64,000 nucleotides of DNA from Trichoplax adhaerens (Eukaryota > Animalia > Placozoa). Location: assembly GCF_000150275.1 (NCBI RefSeq), contig NW_002060957.1:514348-578347 (forward strand). The letters run 5' to 3'. Below are positions 38,655-50,400 of the stretch, piece after piece (the first letter of the stretch is position 1; every line of letters starts with the position of its first letter). The notes below the pieces were generated by a model, which was not told the DNA's origin, searched no databases, and worked only from the letters and a program-made list of their open reading frames with translations. The position numbers and the translations under genes were made by a program.

Positions 38655-41600
38655 TTAACTACTAATGCTATTTGGTACATTTTTTGGATGAAGGTACTTA
38701 TAGCTCAAATGGCCATTGGCAACATTGGCGTTATTTCTAGCCACTAAATTAGCTTGAATGGTATCAATGCGAGCCTTGAATTCGAAGACCAACTCTTCAG
38801 CATCGCTATCTGCCATGCTAGCTGCATAATCGAACAAACTATCGAAATGTAATGAAGCCAAGTTGAAGCCAACTTCTACATGAGTCTAGGATAGAAGAAA
38901 TAAATATTAGAGATAAATTTGTTATTGCGAAATATTAGTACTGGAAAGCTAATGAGGTAAAGTAAATGATGACCCTATAGTACTTTAGCTGTGGTTAATT
39001 ATTATTATCTTGTTCAAGAATGTAGAGTGTTACTAATTATAATTGTAATTATCCTGAAAAATTTAGTATCAAACCTTGTACTATTGTTTACAGTTAAACT
39101 CATAAAATTTGAAATTTTGCCGATATTGTTTGTCTACTAACGTCGCAGATTCTAATGATAAATGCTTATTGGATAATTATACTTACTAAAGATTGGGTCT
39201 TGGTTGGGAATTTTATTGGGTCAAATCCTGTTACACCGTCCACGTTATAAATTTTACCAGGCATATTAGGTAGAAAAGTGCCATATTCAATGACTGGAAA
39301 ATTAACTGCTGCATGTTGGCAAGAAGAAGACCAAACGAATTTATGCAATACATCGATGACTTGAGCTTTTGTAGTGAAAGATTGAGGGAAGTCGCGTAAC
39401 TACATATTTAAGCGAGACGATACCAGTTTAAGTAAGTAAGTAATGATAACGAATTATAGTTTTTTTGTAGTCTCTGAATACTATTAACATCAGTTCATAT
39501 ATTGCAATAAAGTTTAGCTTTAAAATACATAGCTCTAGGTGACTCAAAATGACACTGGATACAGTTATTACTCACTTTGCCTTTGCCTGAGTCTGGAGTA
39601 CCTGTAGCACCTAAAGCAATTTCGTTTGCCCAACGTTGCATTTCATGATCGGCAACTACAGTTGCATCATCTACATAATATCTGAGAAAATTAATTTGTA
39701 AAATTAGAATCGAAGGTTATTGTATTTGTTCCTCCAGGTCAGTTGTCTATTAAACTTACAGGTTAACGTAATCTCGTATAAAATCACCAATAGCTTTATA
39801 TAATTCTAGCCCATCATCTCGGTAAGGAAAGAAAGGAAGTGCTTGCTTATCCAATAATCCAGATTTCTAACTCATGATAAATATAATATATAGCGACTTA
39901 AATTAGTATATACTACAAAACGTTGTACTCAATTAATGGTAGACTGTTCAGTGATTCGATAATACAAATTTTTATATCATTATAAACTAGATATTGCTGC
40001 TTAAGTGCCCAGAAGGTGATGCTTTTAACCAAAGCTAGCAGAATCGTTGTCTTACTAAGCAATTACTACAAGCAGCTTCAGTTATAATTCTATTGCTTAA
40101 TATAACAGTTAGGTCAATTTTTTTCGGTAGTGAACGATAAGTACTTCAATATTTTGCGTTTAATATATTGTAGCACAAAATTTATTCAACTCGTTAAAAA
40201 ATAGTTAAGCTCAAACCTTTAATCGATAATTAGGGTCGTGATTATTAAATGACCAGGTATTAAATCCATTATTTATAACGTCATTTTGTCCCTTGAATCC
40301 AACAGTCAGGATTCTGTCCACTCTACCACCGAGTGGTATTAAGCTTAATTCGCCAACTTTATTCGTAGTCAATGTTCCTCTACAATGTTGGCGAATAAGT
40401 TGGCCCACAGGATGTGTTATTGGTATATTTCGTTTACCTGATACACATAAGGGATCGTTGACTAGATGAGTATGCAATAAATGTTCTAATAATTCAGCGG
40501 TAGTAAAAGCGGACATTTGAACTAAAATTTTAGCAATGGTCCAGTTATCGCCATCATCTGGTGTATATACTGGCGAATTTTGAGTACTATTGATCTGAAT
40601 AGCAACAGGCAAAAATTCTCCATGGTTGACGTCCGGATTTGAAACAAAGATTGCAATTGGCGACATTAAAGTCATCATAGTTCTACCATCATTTGGTATT
40701 TCTTCAAAATCGGGGCTGGTTCTTATTCCTCTAAGCTCAGGAAATTCTGATACGTATACCCTACCATCTTGCACAGCCTTAAAAGTATAAAAAACAGCAA
40801 ATTATAATTATGCGCAAGCATACAATTGAGATTTAGATAGAACTGATAGGGAAATACAGTAATCTTTATTTACTTACATCAACAAAGGTATTACTATAAT
40901 AAGGCGAATTAGAAGCCAGTTTGGATCGAATTGCTTTCTTCCACTTGAATGATGGGTTTAGAACGGATTTTAAGGTTGAGATCTTAACGCCATTTAAATT
41001 AGCAGCTACAGATGATACATAAAAATATTAATAGAATCCAATCATGCTATCAAAAATCATTGAGAAATAGCATGATACCAAAATAGCCCTTATTTTTATA
41101 TCAAGTAGTCACCTTTTTGACATAATATTTTTCTCAAAGGCCAGAAACAGAAACTGTATCTTAATTTTAAGCCAGATTGAGTAAATCCAGCTGTTAAACA
41201 TCGACGGAATGCACTAGGTTGATTGCTGGCACCCACAACTGGAGTGCCATCGGGCCATGTACCGTTACCGCCGTCAACATAAACGGGGACAGAAGCAAAT
41301 TTATATCGCTTATTTACTTTAGCGGCTTCCTGTGAATCCGATAGATCTGCTAGATGGCTGATATGGCATTCGCAGACATGTTTTGCAGCATTAAAATTGC
41401 TGTAAGGGTATCCACGGAACATTCTATAGCAATTCTCTCCAATTAACGTCCATCCTCGTGGACAAGCTAAAGAAGAACAGACATTGCTTTAAAATTGATC
41501 GTGCTCAAGGCTAACTGAAAATAATTGAAAGGCTAATATTATTGTAGTAAGGCCCAAACTATACTTTAAATGAAAATTCTACTAACTACCAATACTTTGG

Positions 41601-44600
41601 TTAATGTAAAGAATGTTTTTGGTTATATATCAGGCAGTATACCGAATCTATACAGTCACCTAAAGAAGATCAAGAAAGCATGATACTTACGCTTGCCGAT
41701 AACGCGCTTCACGGGGAATGGATTTAATCCGGCAATTTGCTGCTCTGCAAATACACGATCATCTTGCCACATATCAATAATTAAATCATTGATATTAGTT
41801 GGGACATTTCCTTGGTCCTACGTATGTGAGAAAAGCATTACAAGAATTGATTCTCAATCGATAGAAAACATTACAATCATTGTCTATTATCAAGTGAGAA
41901 TGTCGTAAAGGTTCCCCATTTTAATACTGATATTAGAGATTACTTCTATACACTTACCACATGAAACATATAGAAGAAGAAAAATAATTCTCGCCAATCT
42001 GAAATACTAGAAAATTCCCGGACAGAATTATTTCCTAGACTTAAGTAAGTCTGGACTAATTGTCCGTTGGTTCCCAATATAAAAAAGTATTGATTTAACC
42101 AAGGTGCTTCAAAGGGGTCACTGGCTCCAACACCAAAAGCCGTTGGTGGATCGATGTCCCATAATGGAGTAAGTAATACATCTAAATCACGACCAGAGTC
42201 ATTAAAATTAGGCGTAGTACGGATTTTATAAATAACACGATTAGTAGCTAATTCTGTTTGGCGCTGGATGGTACAGTTGGGGCTAGCATTTTGCGGCAAT
42301 GCTACTGGACAGGTTTGGCTAGTCGATCTTTTGCTATGTTGTTCAGCATCGCGATCGAATAAATTATTGTCAAAATTTTCTTCACTTCCAACGTCGATAT
42401 CCGCTGCCCAACGTGTGAATTGATCAAAAGGCGATCCTAAAGTTTCAATAAATTCAAGGAAAATTTTGCAGAATGAAAAGTTGATGCAATCCGTCTTGAA
42501 TTATGATACTCTCTATCTGATCTAAAAATCATGATCTCTGCATCTATATCCGTTCGTTATAGTAAATGAAATATGACTGATATCGCCGCAATACTTAAAT
42601 TAACAATTACTGACTTTTGTACCTAACGTAGTCTAAATTTAGATAAGATGAATTATGGAAGCATCATACTAGAAAATAGTAGAGATGGAATATGAATTAA
42701 GAGTGCAAGTTACTTTTTTTTCCATTCGTCGCATTATAAGTTGTTGATTGACATCCTCTATAGCCCAAGACGCATAAGCACTTATCTGGCTTATAACAAG
42801 ATTCCTTATTGCCACAGGGTACCTTGCAAGTTGCTAATTATAGAATAAATGAATCAATAAATGACTAATGAATTGAGCACATTATTTTAGAATCATTAAG
42901 CAAGTAAATTTCAAGCTATTGAGATTTTTGATCGCAAAACTGAGACTAGAAATAGTCCTACGCAAACAAAAATGGTGGAAAGGATTGAATCATGAGTGTT
43001 AAAAGTTGAGGTAGATTATATTACAGTTACGCTTAATTAGACGAAATTACACATAAATCATCTATTTTATCTTAAATACCATAGCTTACAGGAAAAAGGA
43101 GATCGCAATCAATACGATACAGAAATTTAACGCTGCACAAGATTGTCTATTTTAAGGCTACGCTTTTGATTGGTAATTGAATTTTAGAAGTACAAAAATT
43201 TTGCACTATTGAGACTGAAATTCACTGCAGAGTTTAGTCATCTATTTTCTTCCGGATTATTGTACAAAGTGTGAGCACCGCATACTATTGCACTTACGAA
43301 TAAAGCAAGGTGCATTTCCTTCTCGATTACCGCCGGCCCTTGTCCAGCCATCGCAGCATCGAAATTTTGTAGCCCTAGCAATATAGTCTTCCTCATCAAA
43401 GAATCGGTCGCTGATGCTATGGTAAGCTCGCCTAAAATAAATTTTCAAAGTATGACATTTATATTACTTTCTATTATTAATTCAATGCCAATCAATATCA
43501 CGAATTTCGCGTATTATTTCCCACTCCACTAAAAGTAATTATAAATACTTGGCAAACTGTAAGCTTAAATAAATCTCGATATTAGGATTGAGCTCAGCCT
43601 ATATGTACTATAGAATGGAAGTTTAAACTCTGAGATATTATCGAAGGTATTCAATACTAAATCATATCTGTGTCATGATAAAGGTAAGAATAAGTTGGCC
43701 AATTTTTCACAGGATCCTATTACAACATACGATTTGACTTTTGCTAAGTGTAATATTATAATTAGCATGTTACTCACACTGTAACGCTGTAATATTTATT
43801 TCTTCTTAGTCTAAACTGTAATTATTGTAGTGGTTATCTACCTAAAACTGAACTTACTGCTTGAGCACATTTCAGTAAATGATCACTTTTGTTTCACTAA
43901 TGATCAATACTACCACAGTTATTACCGCATTCATTGCTACCGCTTATCGATGTCTAATCTTAATTATACCGGAAGCTGTCCAGTTTACTACTGCCATTAA
44001 AACTAGATACATCTAACTTTGCAAAATCTGCGATCCAATTTACTGATTAACCTGCCAATAGAATGTATTTTAATCATGATTGATTAAATACTAGAACAAG
44101 ATATTTTACAATATCATTAGTACTATACCACTGTGCAATCAACTCTTGCGACAATTTTAGCCCCTTTTCTATACAGATAAAAGTAAATAATTTGGAATGG
44201 TGGTTTACCAGTTTGACGCCCATGCTAATAAATTTAGTTTAGCCAGCATACAATGGAATTATTTACATGGATAGTGTAATACGTTAAATTTTAGGTAATG
44301 TATGCACATATTTAGTGAATTTTATGGCATTTACCGGTATTAATGCATGTTGTAAACTAATTACGATCGATAATAATCGATACCAGCGCGGTATAATATC
44401 CGCATATGCTAGTTATAATTAGAATTATCCATTAAATTGTTTTCAAATTTTAATAATACTAAGATTAATAACAGTAAAATTATAATTATTAACTTTTATA
44501 CGAAGAAAATCAAGAAGAACATTAAAGCTAACATCAAAATGGTTGATAGCTTCAGTTGAAAACTTACTTGGCAGTATAAGAGCAGACATTGACATTGACG

Positions 44601-44658
44601 GAACCACTACTGTTAAGACAATGAATAAATAGATGCTATTATTTAACATTTCCATCAT
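38655..44658 (-). CDS. Lipoxygenase paralog B: predicted secreted EMI/EGF - LOX with inserted C-type lectin domain, ~890 aa
   Basis: Exons 44568-44658 (signal-peptide-like), probable micro-exon 44209-44224, 43298-43431, 42714-42833, 41958-42436, 41691-41817, 41113-41466 (CTLD), 40878-41005, 40217-40777, 39760-39866, 39576-39681, 39187-39399, 38655-38885. From 43431 to the stop all sites are GT-AG and in frame. Motifs WQDDRVFAEQQIAGLNP, FLPVAIQ, WTIAK, EHLLHTH, HPVGQLIRQH, FPYRDDG, QHAAVNF, PNMP, PNSISS*. The two 5'-most exons are less certain. Confidence 0.9.
41113..41466 (-). other. C-type lectin-like domain exon of LOX paralog B (354 nt, phase 1-1)
   Basis: tttag|CT TGT CCA ... CAA AAA G|gtgac. 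Translates as CPRGWTLIGENCY...FNAAKHVCEC...VYVDG...TWPDGT...RCL...FCF...ILCQ. Confidence 0.92.
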
Positions 44659-44984
44659 CTATAAATAATAACTTTGTCTTCTATTTGTAATAGACCAATT
44701 TTAATTGATAAACTATAAATGAAAAATTATTCTTTGCGTCACCATTGAATTATTAAAATAGGCTATTTTATGATGAAGTTGAGAAAACAGTCGCTTATAA
44801 AAGCCTAACAAATCTGATAACAGTCACCAATTTTACAAATATACAGTATTCACAAAAAGATCGTTAGTAATTAACATTCAATATCATTATTTATTGCTAA
44901 TGTGGAGCATTAGTAATCAAATAGATAAATTCTACAGTATTGCTGTTATTTTGAACGGTGGTAATTACTTATTCCGGAAAGCAG

Positions 44985-45212
44985 AAATTATTTGGCCGAT
45001 GTAACTAGTTATTTGCAAGTATAAGTGGCGTTTTAGCTATTATTACTGAATAAATCCAGAATTTTCTTCTATGATGTGTAAATTAATTGGGCCAATGTAA
45101 CAAGTTATTTGAAAATATTTACTGTGATTTCACTCTTATGATAATATACTCGTAGGATCACTATTTTTCTTCCATGACAGGTAAATTAATTGGCCAATTG
45201 AACTGGTTATTA
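44985..45212. repeat. Three degenerate direct repeats (~95-103 bp spacing) upstream of LOX paralog B
   Basis: aaattatttggccgatgtaactagttattt (44985), aaattaattgggccaatgtaacaagttattt (45080), aaattaattggccaattgaactggttatt (45183). Confidence 0.65.
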
Positions 45213-47449
45213 TCCGCAATCCATATTACTTTTCAAATTATCGTGTTTTCCATTTTATTTTGCTGATACGTCCTTAATTAGCGGTTTTAAAATTTCAGCT
45301 GTATCATGACGCTGCAGCAATTAAGTGAACAATAATACACGGATTTAAGCTATGCTTTAATAATTTTAACCACTTTCTACAGTTGGCTTTAGTAGTAGTT
45401 TTAGAGTTCATTCCACGTACTTGACGACTGATCTTGATTTGATTCATTACAATTTAATGTGTTCTAGAATAATACTTATGTATCATTTACTACAAATTGA
45501 TGATAGTTATTATTTCGAAGTATTGTTTGAAATAAATTATGAATAATGATCTTGTATCATTTAAAGTAATTGGATGATAACTGTTGTTCCAAATTGTTTT
45601 TTGAACGCGTTATACAATAATAATTATGAATTATTGAAATCATAAATGCAATGACTGCTGTTTCCAAATGTTGTTTATGCACATTAGGGAAAAATGAAGA
45701 TAACGGTATAGACAATCATAACATTCTATGCATAATCTAAATTTAGTTATAATTATTCTCGCATCGCGGTAAATGATGGAGTAAGTTAAAAATAATCTTA
45801 ATAGATTAATATGAATCGACAATATATGGAAATATTATGTTATGAATAAATAATGTTAATTTGTTTCCATGATTTATAAAGGTGTTGTGATTTCAGCTAA
45901 TTATAGTATTATTGTGTTTTGAAAATGTAATATCGATATGTAGTAATCACTATGTAGTAGAGAATAATCGTTTATGCTTAATAAAGCAACTGTGGATGAT
46001 AGGGGTTAAAACCATTCATTAAAGAAATTAAAGGAATTCTAGATGACAGGGTTAAAACCTTTCATTACAGAAAATTTTATTGTTATAACTTATGCTCGAT
46101 GTAATTTCAATTTAAAATAATGTACTGGTAATTCGATGATGTCTAGAAATACCTTGATGCGATGTAATAAATCCAAATCAATAGCACTGATTCAAGCTAA
46201 GGATAGTAAAAATCTCTGAACTAATAAATTAAGTAAACTTTTCGACTATGTCTAATTTGCACAAAATAATTTGCATTAAAAGTTTTAATTGCGATCGATA
46301 GATAAAACATTTATCTTTCGATTTCTCTTCTCTGGTCGGAGTTATTACTTTGAGCTTTTGATCATTACATAAGATCAATTAGTTCACAATTAGAATGTGA
46401 TATTTATTATCATTAATTACTCATAAGAATTGGTTTTAATCACAAATGATCTCAATTAAAAAAAATTTACTGGTCTATATTAGTCCAGTTTGACATGATT
46501 GTCATTTGCAAAAAAGTTATCTAGTAGTGATTTAAAATCTTATTTATTGCCTTCAGACTCAAGTTGGCTTTGATCAAGTACGATACCTATCTAATCAGAC
46601 TTGATATAATCTGGCTTTTTAGACATTAAATGATATTAATTGGATGCATTTTACTATCATTTCCTTATCTGGTATGAAATATCCAATTACAACTTCTACT
46701 ATATTTAGTGGGCAAATAAAAAAATGGTAGTTCCGTATGCTATCCATATCAATACCTAGCTATAACTTCTACCTTTTTAGCTATCAATAAAGCTATTTAT
46801 ATTCGATTTATTCACTGGCCTAATAAAAAATAGGATAATTCTGTATGCTATCCTTGACAGTAGCTAAATATAAATTAGATGATTATTATATAATCGAGAG
46901 GCCAATTATACGCTGCTTTGATTTCATTTTGAAGACTACCTCATTTCTGTTTTATTGTCTGCTTTTACCAACAAAATTATCTTTTAGCCATAATATAGTC
47001 ATCTTTCAATAAAAGTTACTGTTATTTGGAACTGTGTTAACTTTAAAATTACCTTTTGTGTAAAAATTGGTTAGTTAAGAAGGTATAAAAATAGGATAGC
47101 ATCTTAAATGCTATCGCTAGTTGTTATCATCGTGATAATTTCTAATCAAACTTTCATCCAGATTCGAGTTCTTTTTATTTGCTGTTATTTTCCTACTAAT
47201 TTCTGCTTTCGTTATAATATTAAGGTGCAATTTTAAAATAAACTAGACCACAATTTTGCTTTGGTGTTAACCACAGCTACATGTATTAAGTGATTAGACT
47301 AAAGACGCTTCTAAAATGGGGCTATTAACCTGGCTACAACAAATAAGAACAATCATACTAATATAACCAGATCGATCTTTCTAAGTAGACAATTTGATAC
47401 TGTATAGTAGACTTTACCTTTGGGAAGCAGTGGCTAAGGCTACTAAGAG

Positions 47450-50400
47450 TAGAAAGTATCCAAGATTCATGTTATCCGTTATTTTCTCGCTGAGTGCTTG
47501 CTATGATGACCAATCACCCGGTCGTTGTGGAACAACGCAGAGGATGTTTATGAAAATGACAGTGGTTAGATCCTGTATTTATAGTGGTAGATGAAAATCA
47601 GCGTAATTTATTATCGCCTCTAAGGGCATTGATGTACGGAAGTTTACTTTACGCTATTTCTTCATTATCATCAATAATTCATAATATTGACATTTAATTG
47701 TTATTCCGATCTGTCAGCAATGATTTGTATTCTTGATATCTTAATAATTCATTTTAAGATTCAATTTGATGAAAAATTATCTTGATCAATTTCTCAGAAT
47801 TAATGACAAAGTTGGTCTTCCTATGCTGGCAAAATGTTTTACCTTCTTTTTTCGCATTTTAAGTTCATTGCTACATATTATATAACTTTGGAAGCTGTAA
47901 TTAAGGTGCAGATAATTGGCAGTAGCCTATTTTGATTTCTTCCTGTGTTTCTGTATGATTTGAATGACTATTCTTTATCTAATGCATATTATTAGCTTAT
48001 TATCGTTATGATTTCTTCAATAGTCTGATCATGACGGCTTGCTTGCGTCCTCAGATGGATTCTGCTTTAATTATAAATTAGAATCTGGATGGATTAATTG
48101 TAGCTCAGTCAATATTGCATTGGGGTTGTCAAGCGGATGCAAAAATGAAAATTTAAATAAAAAAATCCTCCTGGTCTTTCATTTAGCGTGTAAGAATAAG
48201 TAGAGTCTGACCTTTAAGCTTTGTGGCGATTTAATTGCTATGCTAAGCTAATCGTAAATATTTCTTGACGACATCATAGGTGTGATATTCATCTGACGAA
48301 TATCGTAAAAGGAATCCAATATAGCAAATAAATAGAATAGAAATCTCTTCATATCGTGTTGTCCCTACAAAGAATATTAGGTATACAATTTTAATCGAAT
48401 GAATAGTAAACAAAGCCTCGCTTGTGTGCTATACCGCTTAGGCTTTGATGGTAAGGAATTGCAACAGATTCATGCGACTTATTATATATCATTATGCATT
48501 ATCTTGAACAATTAATGCCAAATATAAAAAGATTGCAAGTATATTAATACTTATTCTGATTTTGTAAAATCTCATATATAAAGTAATTAACTTCATGTGA
48601 GTAAAATTTAAAATCTGTTTAGGTGTTGGAGTGTGAGCTAAGATGTATAAGAATTTTAAACTAAAAGTTAGTTATCTCGCTTCAGTAGTTAAAATCGCTG
48701 ATTATCTAGATTTAAAATAGTTGTTATTCCGGACAGTAGGCCATTCATTAATAATTTACCAGATAACATTGTTACTTAGCTACTAATAAAGGATTCAGGC
48801 AGTAGCTCACAGTTAATCTACTCCTAGTAATAAATCACATTTCCAATAACTTCGATCAAGGATTGCTTTATTAATCGCATCTGCGATCGTTATTTATTTA
48901 AAATATTACTATGCAAACGTCGTGGCATCGGTGATTATTTCTTTAGGATCTTGGTAAATGAATAAACATGTTTATTTCTGTAGCAGAAATAAATGAAGTG
49001 GCAATAAGTGAAAAAATGAATATTATAATAAAATTTAGTGTTAGTGAGCAGCTATAAGTTATTAAGTAGAGAAGTATATTTTTGCTTAAAATAGATTCAT
49101 TGGTACTTGTCTAAGTACTCTGGTTCTACTCAATGAATTATTCGGAAAATCGAATTAGTTTAGAATAGATAAAATAGCATTTGAGTATTGAAGATTATTC
49201 CTGCAGGTATTTTATATTTTGATTGTGTAATAGATCAAACTATGTGAGTAAGCTACAATTTGTTACCATAGATATCACAATATAAGTGTAAATAATGAAT
49301 AAATCTGTTAGAAATAGCTTAAAATGCTATTCCAATCTGATATTGGCCTAAACTTCTGGAGATGTAATCGGTGGATTACATTAAGATCTGTCATGAGCCT
49401 AAGGCCTCGATCGATGTTGACAATTTTATCCAGATATACGTGCTATTACAACAATTACTTTAAGTAAAGAAAGAGAATATTGTCTCATAAAACGAAATTA
49501 TAATTAAAATGTAGAAAGCATGTGAAAATATTATCTCATACATCTAAATTATAATCGAAGTTCAATCAGAATATGAAATTCATAAGTATTTAGTATAAGT
49601 CAGGGTGCAATTTAATACCAGTTTGATTGATCAAAGTTTTTGCTGTAATTTGTCTTGCTAATACTGCTATAAGTCATAACTTAGAACAGCTCTTTCATAC
49701 GCAGTCAACTTAAAGATATTTCGTCTACTTATAATTACACATAATATCTAATTTATGTGATGTCAAGATTATTCTAGTTGATAATAGAGAAAAATTGTAT
49801 GATCTATAATTAATTACTGTCTAGCGATCCGATAACATAAATATCTAGTTTTTTTGGTTCCTATGCATAGAAGTTCGATTTTGCAGTCTGTTATCATGAA
49901 TTGTATAGATCAAGATCCACAATTTTTTATTAATTCGATAATCTCCCTTTCTTTTCGATGCATACGTGTTTGTGCATATTGCTTTTACGATAATATTGCT
50001 AAATTTTAACTACGGACTGATTTGAGACTGCTAAATTGACGATAGTTGACTTTAGAAAACACAATTCTATTCAGAGGATCAATTTTCTCGTCTCTTTCCT
50101 CTCTTTTTCTATGTATTGTCATAAATTAGATATAAGTTAATTTTTCGATATTGTACCAAGAAACAGGGAGATAAGAAAATAATTTATCCATTTTTGTTTC
50201 TATTTCTGTTACATTCGTACTTACGTTGATCGGTTATACTAACGAATATCTTGCTTAATAGTGCCAAACTAACTCAATACCGTATGATACTGTCGCAATT
50301 AGAATCCAAGATAGAAATATCTTAAGAAATTTTTATCTCTTTTTGGGCTAATTATTGTTTTCATTTACAGATAAATCTGCTTATTTCTTCGATAAGTGGC

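Noticed and set aside
45994-46076. Small ~35-bp direct duplication (gatga.agggttaaaacc.ttcatta.agaaa)
   Set aside because: It is real but has only two copies, with no terminal repeats or target-site duplication, so it looks like an ordinary local duplication.
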